Positions 1 through 10,756 of a stretch of DNA of 42,423 bases are shown piece by piece. A program made the translations under genes and the position numbers. Position 1 is the first letter of the stretch. Every line of letters starts with the position of its first letter. The notes under the pieces are model-generated. The model was not told where the DNA came from, searched no databases, and saw only the letters and a program-made list of their open reading frames with translations. Source of the stretch: Octopus bimaculoides (Eukaryota); assembly GCF_001194135.2 (NCBI RefSeq), contig NC_068991.1, forward strand, positions 65,857,398-65,899,820, in the 5' to 3' direction.

Positions 1-364
1 GGTTTCATTACGACAATGAGCCTGCGCACACTGCCTTGAGTGTGAGAAATTTTTGATCAAAAATGGCATGACCACCCCACCCGATCTTGCTCCCCGCAAC
101 TGTTTTTTGTTTCCCTGAATAAAAAGTCCTTAAAGGAAAACATTTTGTAAATGTAGAAGAGGTGAAATAAAAAAATGACGGAGGCGTTAAAAGGTATCAC
201 TTCACAAGAGTTCCAGCACTGCTTCGAACTGTGGAAAACGAGTCTGGACCAATGCACTGCTTCAAATGGAGAATACTTTGAAGGCGATAAAAGTGTAAAC
301 ATGTAAAACTAGGAGAATAAAATAATATTGCAAAATTCTGGTTTCTTTTGGGTAACCCCTCGTA
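1..364 (+). mobile_element. Mariner transposon, 3' remnant (degenerate transposase C-terminus plus right TIR)
   Basis: Broken frames read HYDNEPAHTALSV...PDLAP...FLFP.IKKSLKGKHFVNVEEVK...SNGEYFEGD. Ends ...TTTCTTTTGGGTAACCCCTCG-TA, a mariner-type TIR with TA. Confidence 0.85.
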
Positions 365-384
365 TATACAAAGTGCGGTGAATT

Positions 385-580
385 ATGGGGGTTGCAGTCT
401 GGAGAGTTAGATGGCCAGACGTTAGGGGTGATGTGGTCGCACAAATTGTCTGACAGCCATGACTGGGTTCTCCTGCTTGTGTGTCATGGTGCAGAGTCCT
501 GTTGCCAGACATAGGGTCTTCCAGCAGCCATCCTCATCACCCAGGGCAGCATTACCTCCTCCAGTCACTTGATGTAGCAC
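385..580 (-). mobile_element. Tc1/mariner maT-type (DD37D-like) transposase fragment
   Basis: Minus strand reads YIK*LEEVMLPWVMRMAAGRPYVWQQDSAP*HTSRRTQSWLSDNLCDHITPNVWPSNSPDCNP. Confidence 0.75.
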
Positions 581-699
581 AGGTTTCCAAATTTCTGGCA
601 GAGTGAATTGTTTCTAAATTTCTGGCAGAGGGAATTGCATCATGGTGCTTTTTCTCACAGACGGTGCCCAACTGACCCTATTATACTGTGTAGTAGAGG

Positions 700-1050
700 T
701 AACACCACATGTCCATTGTAACACGTAAACAGCCTATATGAAGCAGAGGTGGTATCAAAAGCCCAAACGGGCAGCCAAACGTGCGAAAGTATGTGGGAGC
801 AATAGAACGTTCATTTAAGATTAGATTCAATAACCATAATACTCAGTATGCCGGAGAGACGAAATGCCACAGCCCTAGCCAGGTACGTATGGTCGTTAAA
901 AGAGAGGTATCATAGAATACAACATAAAGTGGAAGGCTTATTTTAACAGCAGCAGAAAATGCAGATTATATTTAGCTGAGGAAAGAACCATATTAAAAAT
1001 TTCTCAGCACCCGGACATTTACCTAAACTGCAGAAGTGAGATTCTTAATC
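700..1050 (+). mobile_element. Penelope-like retroelement GIY-YIG endonuclease fossil
   Basis: Frameshifted pieces CPL...LYEAEVVS...RKYVGAIERSFKIRFNNH...NATALARYVWSLKER...EYNIKWK...KCRLYLAEER...LNCRSEIL follow the order of the PLE GIY-YIG domain (CPL, VYKA, YIG, FK.R..NH, LSKYIW.LK, CNLCL.EK, LNKRSE). Confidence 0.7.
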
Positions 1051-1454
1051 TTTTCCCATTGGCTCCATCATAACTATAAGCTCTAAGTTTTCCACCTTCG
1101 GAGCTGCCACCATCATATCCTGAGAACATAGTAAAAGGTTTAAGTAAAACATAGAAAAATGAACTCACAGACACATACATGCCCAAGCATGGGCTTAAGT
1201 TTTCTGATACCTGCTCAGCACCCTAAAATCCTATACATATAACCCTCCCCCACACACATCTTAACCCTATATGATTACCAAGCTCCTGCACACATTTCCA
1301 GAAAACTCTTACTGCATTACGCCATTTCAAAGACATTTTGGGACCAACAACATAACTCTCGATATCACCTTTGCTCAGTTCACTTCCTACAGTTTCGTTT
1401 CGTTTTTCACGGCACCCACAAACCGGATGTGTTTTTTCACCTCCAACGAAGAGA

Positions 1455-1600
1455 AGCCACCATATTTTTTCCGTACCTGTTAACACCGAAGAACATGCGG
1501 TGTTACTTAACCTTGTTGCTATCTAACATCCGGTTTTAATACCCAGTGCGAAACCGATTGTTAAGATCGGCCGCAATGGATCTATAATTCAGTACACTAT
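1455..1600 (+). ncRNA. Degenerate hammerhead-like motif in putative PLE 3' (pLTR) region
   Basis: TTAACA(1480-85) CCGAAGA(1486-92, U4C variant of CUGANGA) ACATGCGG...CCCAGTGC GAAA(1550-53) CCGAT TGTTAA(1559-64). Homologous by eye to 40006-40140. Confidence 0.5.
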
Positions 1601-1605
1601 GATTA

Positions 1606-1871
1606 ATATGTACGTACGTACGTACGTATGTATGTATGTATGTATGTATGTACGTATGTATGTACGTACGTATGTATGTACGTATGTATATATATATATG
1701 TATACACACGCATACATACAACATGTGTGTGTACACATGTATATATAACAAGCTAGCTAAGCGAGATTGACAGACAGACAGATAAACACGCAAGCAGACA
1801 GATACACAGACAGGCGGACAGTCTGATAAATTGACAGATATAGATAGACACACAGATAGATAGATAGATAA

Positions 1872-1936
<65 letters not shown>

Positions 1937-2000
1937 CAAACAGACAGATAGACAGACAGACAGAGAGATAGATGGATGGATAGATAGATAGATTGACAGA
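1606..2000. repeat. Compound microsatellite (TACG/TATG, AGAC/AGAT)
   Basis: Direct tandem tetranucleotide runs up to the gap. Confidence 0.95.
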
Positions 2001-2545
2001 NNNNNNNNNNNNNNNNNNNNNNNNNNNNNNNNNNNNNNNNNNNNNNNNNNNNNNNNNNNNNNNNNNNNNNNNNNNNNNNNNNNNNNNNNNNNNNNNNNNN
2101 NNNNNNNNNNNNNNNNNNNNNNNNNNNNNNNNNNTTTTTATTATAGCCACACAGGGCTAAATACAGAAGATGGACAAATTACAAAGTAGAGCTTTTCTTG
2201 GGTGGGGGAATAATTTCGATCAAAAGGGATCGCGGGAAGAAAAAAAAAAAAAGATAGATAGGTAGATAGAAATTTGTGTATCCTACGTAGATGCCACAGT
2301 CACGATGATAAAAACTGTTCAAGGATACGTAACAATAAACAATCAAAGGGAGATCACTCCAATTATTTTGGATTCAATTTAAGTCAAACTATATTCAAAT
2401 ACGATCACTCGCGTCGACTGAAAGGATTATTTCCAAGGGATTTAATTCACTTATTAGAGAGTATGGCGTGTTTATACATCGTAAGAAGCAATATTTGATG
2501 GTTAAATTGCATGGTGGAATTCGGGCTTAAGTACTCCATTTAACC

Positions 2546-3091
2546 CCTCATAACTTTCTTATTTTTTGGAATTTTCAGAAAATGTTTGCGAATCGTATGA
2601 ATTTCCACTGGATTCATACGATTATATATATAAAAAATAAATCTTTAAAACAACTTTCTAACCTATGTACCTACCCATAAATCCTAAAATTTCCTTTCCT
2701 TGTCGAATAAAAAAAAATCAGAGTTTAAAATACGGACAGTGAATTTTTTTTGCATAAATCCACCCTTGGGTGTATCATTATTCCATTAAATGTTAAGGGG
2801 GGGAGAAAATAGTGAAAATTATCAATACATGTCAGAGTGACAAAGAAACAAGGAAGGTATCAGGTGGTCGTCAGATGTGCTAAAAGCAACAACTAAATCG
2901 CCTATAAAATTACACACAAAAAAATTATTTTTCATATGAATTCCCGTATGTAGAACACAAATTCGCAAAAGCTTTCTGAAAATTCCAAAACATAAAAAAA
3001 GTTATGAGGAGATATATGTGGTGCTCAAACCAGAATTTCACCAATTGCATGTCTAAAATTCTAAGATTAGCTGTTCTACATACGGGAATTC
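2546..3091. mobile_element. Non-autonomous DNA-transposon-like region with interleaved inverted repeats
   Basis: ~48-bp imperfect IR 2546-2593/2961-3009 and perfect 20-bp IR 2938-2957/3072-3091. Confidence 0.45.
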
Positions 3092-3306
3092 GTTTTGCGC
3101 CTTGATCTGCTGTCCCCTGTGTCATTGATTCTGTTGGATAATAATAGAATTAATGACACCTTCGTAAATTAATTTTAATAAATTATTTTTCTCGTAAATT
3201 GTATCGAGATTATTTTACACTGGTAGCTGCTGTGATTTCGGCGCAAAACGAATCAGTAGCGGCACAGATTTCAGAACGATAGGTTGGGAATCTCTTATCT
3301 TGGTAA

Positions 3307-3364
3307 TGCGCGCTGAAGAAGCTAAGACTTATTTTGCCAGTGCAGAAACTAGTTAGTACACGTG
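3307..3364 (+). ncRNA. Degenerate type I hammerhead ribozyme motif
   Basis: TGCGCG CTGAAGA(3313-19) AGC...GCA GAAA(3345-48) CT AGTT AGT A(3358) CACGTG. Stem III ACT/AGT, GUA triplet, stem I 5/6 pairs; stem II closing pair is an A-A mismatch. Confidence 0.45.
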
Positions 3365-3929
3365 AATCCAAATACTTAAATGTATGTAAGTAGATTGTCT
3401 TAACCGAATTTACCTTAGTTTGATTACTGTAGTTATCACCAGTGTATTTTTTGGCGATTTAATAACGAGTTTTGACTGTTATTTCAAGCAGGTAGACATA
3501 CTTAGTATGTCCTTTGATTAATTTTAATCCCTCGGCTATTTAATGCTATTTTTGGCCTGCTGCCGCCTGTGTCATTGATTCTGTTATTATCATTCTTAAA
3601 ATAGTTACATTGGATNNNNNNNNNNNNNNNNNNNNNNNNNNNNNNNNNNNNNNNNNNNNNNNNNNNNNNNNNNNNNNNNNNNNNNNNNNNNNNNNNNNNN
3701 NNNNNNNNNNNNNNNNNNNNNNNNNNNNNNNNNNNNNNNNNNNNNNNNNNNNNNNNNNNNNNNNNNNNNNNNNNNNNNNNNNNNNNNNNNNNNNNNNNNN
3801 NNNNNNNNNNNNNNNNNNNNNNNNNNNNNNNNNNNNNNNNNNNNNNNNNNNNNNNNNNNNNNNNNNNNNNNNNNNNNNNNNNNNNNNNNNNNNNNNNNNN
3901 NNNNNNNNNNNNNNNNNNNNNNNNNNNNN

Positions 3930-4017
3930 AAGCCTAGTACTTATTCAATCGGTTTCGTTTGCCGAACCGCTAAGTTATAGGGACATCCAAGTGATGATGG
4001 TAGGAGGAGACAAACAC

Positions 4018-4061
<44 letters not shown>

Positions 4062-4328
4062 TAGGCTTCTTCCAGTTTCCGCCTACCATATCTGCTCACC
4101 AGGCTTTGGTCGGCCCGAGGCTATAGTAGAAGACACTTGCCCAAGGTGCCACACAGTGGGACTGAACCCGGAACCATGTAGTTGGGAGGTAAGCGGATCT
4201 TTTCAACCTCAGATCCTAAGCGGATCTTTGTGACTGAGATTGAAAAGATCCAGGTAAGTTTCTTACCACACAGCCACGCCTGCGACTGCACAGCCACGCC
4301 TGCAACTACACAGCCACGCCTACATGTA
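3930..4328 (-). mobile_element. tRNA-derived SINE family A (with a hairpin insertion and a triplicated head)
   Basis: Head GGCGTGGCTGTGTGGTAAG, B-box-like GGTTCAGTCCC, CORE-like CTTGGGCAAGTGTCTT, internal (TG)n; shared with many copies in the window. Confidence 0.85.
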
Positions 4329-4708
4329 AATCTATACACGCCCCCCACAACTGGAAATGTTCAGTTGTATATCCATGTATGAGCACATAAATATTTTATA
4401 TTTACAGAACAGATTTATATGGGGTACAAAAGATACAGAAAACTAAGGGAACAGGACATGATATTTGAACTCAGAACGTAAAAATCCGGAAGAAATTAAT
4501 TGTTATTAATTAAATTATAAGTTTCCGTACTTTTTAATCCCGTTTTTAGAGTATCGTTAGGACTACGATCAAGGTGTAATGTATTTGCAAGTTGTCATTA
4601 TTCCCCGACATTAAACGATATCCTTTTAGTTTTACGGAAAAGTCTTCCAGAGTTATCTCCCATTAATTGTCAGTCGTTACACAGTGATATAATCTTCTGC
4701 CACAATTT

Positions 4709-4810
4709 CACCCACTGCGTTTTAACCCGATGGCCAACATTATATTTTCTTCTGACAAACGCACTTTCATCTATCTTCACAATTCGGTTTGTCCCTCCGA
4801 GCCTAATGTT
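4709..4810 (-). mobile_element. Merlin/IS1595(ISXO2)-type transposase fragment
   Basis: Minus strand NIRLGGTNRIVKIDESAFVRRKYNVGHRVKTQWV matches the family motif GG.G..VEIDES.F.KRKYNRGR.....WV. Confidence 0.75.
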
Positions 4811-4867
4811 TTGTCTGTCCTTGTTTGTCCTCTCTATGTTTAGCCCCTTGTGGGCAATAAAGAAATA

Positions 4868-4904
4868 GGAAACTGAATGAAGCCCGTCGTATATATGTAT
4901 GTGT

Positions 4905-4952
<48 letters not shown>

Positions 4953-5160
4953 TTGTGTGTCTGTGCTTGTCCCTCAACATCGCTTGACAACCGATGCTGG
5001 TGTAATTACGTCCCCGTAACTTAGCGTTTTGGCAAAAGATACCGATAGAATAAGTATTAGACTTACAAAGAATAAGTCCTGGGGTCGATTTGCTCGACTA
5101 AAGGCGGTGTTCCAGCATGGCCGCAGTCAAATAACTGAAACAAGTAAAAGAGTAAAGAGT
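4868..5160 (+). mobile_element. SINE family A, 3' half
   Basis: GAAACTGAATGAAGCCCGTCG-(TG)n-...CCAGCATGGCCGCAGTCAAATAACTGAAACAAGTAAAAGAG. Confidence 0.9.
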
Positions 5161-5519
5161 ATGTGGACAGAGGATTTGGTTTGAACGCTTGCAGTATAGT
5201 GATATCGTTAAATGCCCACGAGACTTAAATAGTGGCAAACCAGGCAACATACTGGACCTATTACACTACTTAGGTCTAAATACGTATCACAAATATCGAT
5301 ATTAAAATTATCAATCTAGAGATGAGTAACTGAAGCCTCTGAGTTTAACGGCTACAAATACAACGTCCCCGCTAATACAAAATAGATTTGATCGGAACGA
5401 CTTCTAAAGGGGGAACAACTCTGATGGGCTTACTAGAAATATCCTGTCCTCTCCATTTTTAAAATATTGATATCAAGATTTATTTATTTGTTTATTTCAT
5501 TTAATTAAGATATCGAATA

Positions 5520-5645
5520 ATTGACTGTTGCATATGAAGGAGCATTGTCTGTTAAGGTTCTCATCATATCTTCATGGATTTCTGATGGAGTCATGCCTTT
5601 CAAATGAAGGTACTTTATGACAGCACGATACTCAGTTTTCTCCAT
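5520..5645 (-). mobile_element. Mariner transposase N-terminal (HTH) fragment
   Basis: MEKTEYRAVIKYLHLKGMTPSEIHEDMMRTLTDNAPSYATV from ATG at 5645-5643. Confidence 0.8.
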
Positions 5646-6009
5646 CTTTCCTAGTTTTCTCCATTTTCCATTAGGCACCATTATCTGTTAATGGTGCCTA
5701 ACGGGCGGTTTCCGATTAATATATGCAAAATATATGCTTGTGTGTGTGCGAGCTTTCTTCTATTTTTGATTTTCTAAAATCTTCTTGGAAGGGGCTACTT
5801 TCTAACCAAGGTACAAAGTCCCGTCGTTGATAACAAAAGCAAAGTCACATTTTAAATGCGAGAGGTTTCCGCAGACATATTGTATTTGTTACAAGCGAAT
5901 TTGCTGGTTGATTTCTTTTCTTGAGAAACCTAAATCATCCACACAGTCACTTAGGCATTTACTCAAAAAACCAATTGCACTAATTATCATTGGTTGACCG
6001 CTCTCCAGC

Positions 6010-6290
6010 TATTTAGTTAAAGCTGTATATGGCTATGGTACGTCCACATTTGCGTCACCAGTCTGGAACCCCTATCTTGCTCAGCATATCAGTCTCCAGG
6101 AAGCTGTTCAGAAACGTGCAGCCAGACGAATACCCACCGTCAGACATGTTACCATACTCTAAACGTCTTGCTTCTCTGCTCATGGACACATTAAAGCTCC
6201 AACGTTGGGCAACTGACTCGGCAGAACACGTAGAAGATTATCCGCCATCTTTCCAACGATAACCTTGTGCACCTTTTTGAATTCCATATG
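6010..6290 (+). mobile_element. CR1/L2-type LINE ORF2 C-terminal fossil
   Basis: Frameshifted LYMAMVRPHL..FASPVWNPYLAQHISLQEAVQKRAARRIP..LPYSKRLASL..DTLKLQR matches LY..LVRPHLEY.SPVW.PY....I..LE.VQRRA. Confidence 0.75.
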
Positions 6291-6847
6291 TTTAATGTTC
6301 TTGGACATGATTACAAAATCAAAAAAAAAAACAAAAAAAAAACAGCATCCATGGATTTCGGAAATATTTATTCATGCCGAACCCTCTTAGAATATCAATG
6401 GATAGTCATTTTCACTTTCAGACGCCGCATGTCTTCCTATTTCTAGCAAACAACCCCTTCCGAACACCCACAACAGATGCAGTTATTATTAAAGGTGTGC
6501 GAGCTTTGTCGTTATTTTTTCTGTACCACTGTAAAACAGCTGACTACTACAGCCTTTTGTATACTGTTCCTAACGTCAAATTCGCAGGAAAACTAAATCT
6601 GTGAGAAATCGGATCTTTTTTAAAACGGGGGCCACATTTTTCATTAACGAAACACTTTGAAACTTGGAACACTGGTAGAATGTGTCATATAAAACATCTT
6701 TTTCTCTTAGTCTTCTTAAAAAAAAAGAAATCCATAAGTTATTCCATGTTAAAGTTGTCGTATTTCTGTAATTTCAACCAATCACTGACGTCCATTCAGC
6801 CGATATACATTAAGTGACGACTACATAAACAAACGATTCTGAAACAA

Positions 6848-6899
6848 TTAACCCTAACCCTAACCCTAGGTTTAGGGTTAGGATTAGGGTTAGGGTTAA
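6848..6899. repeat. Inverted interstitial telomere-like repeat (TAACCC)3-(TTAGGG)~4
   Basis: TTAACCCTAACCCTAACCCTAGGTTTAGGGTTAGGATTAGGGTTAGGGTTAA read directly. Confidence 0.9.
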
Positions 6900-7517
6900 A
6901 GCAAATTTAAAATGAAAAAAGCAAATAAAACGAAGGTATGGAGATTAAATACGCNNNNNNNNNNNNNNNNNNNNNNNNNNNNNNNNNNNNNNNNNNNNNN
7001 NNNNNNNNNNNNNNNNNNNNNNNNNNNNNNNNNNNNNNNNNNNNNNNNNNNNNNNNNNNNNNNNNNNNNNNNNNNNNNNNNNNNNNNNNNNNNNNNNNNN
7101 NNNNNNNNNNNNNNNNNNNNNNNNNNNNNNNNNNNNNNNNNNNNNNNNNNNNNNNNNNNNNNNNNNNNNNNNNNNNNNNNNNNNNNNNNNNNNNNNNNNN
7201 NNNNNNNNNNNNNNNNNNNNNNNNNNNNNNNNNNNNNNNNNNNNNNNNNNNNNNNNNNNNNNNNNNNNNNNNNNNNNNNNNNNNNNNNNNNNNNNNNNNN
7301 NNNNNNNNNNNNNNNNNNNNNNNNNNNNNNNNNNNNNNNNNNNNNNNNNNNNNNNNNNNNNNNNNNNNNNNNNNNNNNNNNNNNNNNNNNNNNNNNNNNN
7401 NNNNNNNNNNNNNNNNNNNNNNNNNNNNNNNNNNNNNNNNNNNNNNNNNNNNNNNNNNNNNNNNNNNNNNNNNNNNNNNNNNNNNNNNNNNNNNNNNNNN
7501 NNNNNNNNNNNNNNNNN

Positions 7518-7757
7518 ACCCTGCTGTGCTCTTTCACCACAACTTTCTCTCACTCTTACTTCCTGTTGTACCTGTAATTCAAAGGGCCAGCCTTGTCGCA
7601 CTCTGTGTCACGCTGAATATCCCCGAGAACTACGTTAAGGGTACACGTGTCTGTGGAGTGCTCAGCCACTTGCACGTTAATTTCACGAGCAGGCTGTTCC
7701 GTTGATTGGATCAACTGGAACCCTCGACGTCGTAAACGACGGAGTGCCAGCATAACA
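7518..7757 (+). mobile_element. tRNA-derived SINE family B (5' part lost in gap)
   Basis: Near-identical to 11229-11760, 12730-13070 and 32617-32990. Confidence 0.9.
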
Positions 7758-8160
7758 ACATACACCATTCCACGAAGTTTAAATAATCTTAACGCACCGC
7801 CTGATCCAGGAATCGAACTGTCAATTTGATGGCAGTAAGCTCACTACAATAGCCCCTAGGCAACATAAGTACTCCAGCAAATAAGTGCATACATTTACTC
7901 AAAGGTGGGCACTGTTAATTGAAAAGTTAACTTCGTTAACCGTTAATCCGTTAACCAAAAAGTTAACTCCAATAACCGCTAATCAGTTAATTCTTTAAAA
8001 ATGTAACGGAAGTTATCAATAAACCGTAAAATTTTATAATACAAGAAACAAAACAAACCCCAACAAAATATCCGTGCTCTAAAAACACCTTTAAAATGTG
8101 CCAAAACTATAAAATCTACTTTGTTTTGGTTTTTAAGAGTTTTAAAACCCCCAAACTATA

Positions 8161-8330
8161 CTCTTTTACTCTTTTACTCTTTTACTTGTTTCAGGCATTT
8201 GACTGCGGCCATGCTAGAGCACCGCCTGTAGTCGAGCAAATCGACCCCAGGACTTATTCTTTGTAAGCCTAGTACTTATTCTATCAGTCTCTTTTGCCGA
8301 ACCGCTAAGTTACGGTGATGTAAACAAGCC
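8161..8330 (-). mobile_element. SINE family A, 3' tail
   Basis: (CTCTTTTA)3-CTTGTTTCAGGCATTTGACTGCGGCCATGCT..., the reverse complement of the family A tail. Confidence 0.85.
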
Positions 8331-8451
8331 TGATTAACAGATTCATGGTTTGGTGCCCAGGTTTGCATCTACTCTATTTCATGGGCGTAGTAGACACATC
8401 CCAATTTAGCCAGCGTATATTCCAGAAAAAATGTTTTTAGTGCATTTAATA

Positions 8452-8703
8452 CAGTAATGCCTTGTCATATCGCGGTTCACCTATCACGGTTCACCTATTG
8501 CGGTTCACCTATCGCGGTTTATCATTGAAGCTTACATCGATTCCTCCGTGGTGTTGTTTTGCATTTATAATAAAATGAATATATACAAATTATAAAAATA
8601 ATAAAAAAAAATATACAGTACAGTACTGTTTCTACTTCCCGGATTTCCACCTATCACAGGTTTTTTTTAGAACGTAACACCCGCGATAATCAAGAGATTA
8701 CTG
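8452..8703. mobile_element. Tc1/mariner/pogo-type MITE with 14-bp internal tandem repeats
   Basis: TA-CAGTAAT...ATTACTG-TA termini (8450-8458/8697-8705), similarity extends to ~26 bp; four TATCGCGGTTCACC-like units at 8468-8517. Confidence 0.7.
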
Positions 8704-10376
8704 TATAGTGTAAACTTCATGTGTAAGACGCAGGATGATTTTTTGAAACCTTTTTTTTTTTTGTTTCTTTTTTGGAAAAAAATAAAAGTGTGTTTTATAT
8801 GTCACCAAATACGGTGTGTGCGCCTGTAACCATAGAAGAATGTTATCATTTGGAGGTCACCTATTTTAAAGAGACTATCTCCGGACTGAGTATATTGTTA
8901 TAGCTAGCCGGCATCTGAAATATAATCCAGACAATGCTAGAATGTGTAGAGACTTAATTGTTTTTCCAAAGTAAGTACTTGATTATTTGGAAGCAAACCA
9001 TTCTATCCACAGAGCTTATATTTCCATCTGGTTAAATTTTCACTCCATCAAACTAAAATTAACTTGGCTCAAAATATACAGACCACAGTGCAAACAAATA
9101 ATTCTAAAACGAACGTTAACAATTAAGTATCAACAATTAAGTAAAAACACTTAAAATTGCTTTAAAAGCATCCCGGAACACAAGACATGCCACATAGTTT
9201 GTTTGAGTGACATCCGTTCCTTTTGCTTTAAAAAAAAAAAAACATGGAACGTGAAACAGAAAAAGTTAAGACTGGTGATCACAATTACTAATTGAAAGCA
9301 TTTATAAGCAGTTTCGTTTAATGAAATCCTGGGATCTTTTCAGTTTGGCTGCCAATTTTCGAAAATTCAATGTTTCTTGAAAATTTCAAAATTTGGTATA
9401 TTAATGTAGTNNNNNNNNNNNNNNNNNNNNNNNNNNNNNNNNNNNNNNNNNNNNNNNNNNNNNNNNNNNNNNNNNNNNNNNNNNNNNNNNNNNNNNNNNN
9501 NNNNNNNNNNNNNNNNNNNNNNNNNNNNNNNNNNNNNNNNNNNNNNNNNNNNNNNNNNNNNNNNNNNNNNNNNNNNNNNNNNNNNNNNNNNNNNNNNNNN
9601 NNNNNNNNNNNNNNNNNNNNNNNNNNNNNNNNNNNNNNNNNNNNNNNNNNNNNNNNNNNNNNNNNNNNNNNNNNNNNNNNNNNNNNNNNNNNNNNNNNNN
9701 NNNNNNNNNNNNNNNNNNNNNNNNNNNNNNNNNNNNNNNNNNNNNNNNNNNNNNNNNNNNNNNNNNNNNNNNNNNNNNNNNNNNNNNNNNNNNNNNNNNN
9801 NNNNNNNNNNNNNNNNNNNNNNNNNNNNNNNNNNNNNNNNNNNNNNNNNNNNNNNNNNNNNNNNNNNNNNNNNNNNNNNNNNNNNNNNNNNNNNNNNNNN
9901 NNNNNNNNNNNNNNNNNNNNNNNNNNNNNNNNNNNNNNNNNNNNNNNNNNNNNNNNNNNNNNNNNNNNNNNNNNNNNNNNNNNNNNNNNNNNNNNNNNNN
10001 NNNNNNNNNNNNNNNNNNNNNNNNNNNNNNNNNNNNNNNNNNNNNNNNNNNNNNNNNNNNNNNNNNNNNNNNNNNNNNNNNNNNNNNNNNNNNNNNNNNN
10101 NNNNNNNNNNNNNNNNNNNNNNNNNNNNNNNNNNNNNNNNNNNNNNNNNNNNNNNNNNNNNNNNNNNNNNNNNNNNNNNNNNNNNNNNNNNNNNNNNNNN
10201 NNNNNNNNNNNNNNNNNNNNNNNNNNNNNNNNNNNNNNNNNNNNNNNNNNNNNNNNNNNNNNNNNNNNNNNNNNNNNNNNNNNNNNNNNNNNNNNNNNNN
10301 NNNNNNNNNNNNNNNNNNNNNNNNNNNNNNNNNNNNNNNNNNNNNNNNNNNNNNNNNNNNNNNNNNNNNNNNNNNN

Positions 10377-10640
10377 NGCGGGTAGCACATAAAATACACC
10401 ATTTTGAGCGTGGCCGTTGCCAGTACCGCCTCACTAGCCTTCGTGTGGGTGACACGTAACAGCACCCACTACACTCTCTGAGTGGTTGGCGTTAGGAAGG
10501 GCATCCAGCTGTAGAAACTCTGCCAAATCAGATTGGAGCCTGTTGTAGCCATCTGGTTGCACCAGTCCTCAGTCAAATCGTCCAACCCATGCTAGCATGG
10601 AAGCAGATGTTAAACAATGATGATGATGATGATGATGATA
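10377..10640 (+). mobile_element. RTE-type LINE 3' UTR (or derived SINE) ending in (TGA)n
   Basis: GGCGTTAGGAAGGGCATCCAGCTGTAGAAA...CAACCCATGCTAGCATGGAA...(TGA)n; homologous to the UTR attached to the ORF end at 13888-14261. Confidence 0.7.
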
Positions 10641-10756
10641 ATATTTAGAACATTTATTTTATTTTGGATGGAAGCATACGTGCCACCAAATCATGTTTGC
10701 TTGCTTGCGAGTCACGATTATAGTTCTTTTTTGCTTTATATGCATACACAGCCACG

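Noticed and set aside
6848-6899. Telomere fusion scar
   Set aside because: The orientation is (CCCTAA)n then (TTAGGG)n, the reverse of a fusion junction, and the array is very short.
6896-10465. Long ORFs of 200-360 aa in the track (also at 14434-15137, 17332-18087, 31613-32712, 36026-36697)
   Set aside because: They are almost entirely X from N-runs and are not coding evidence.
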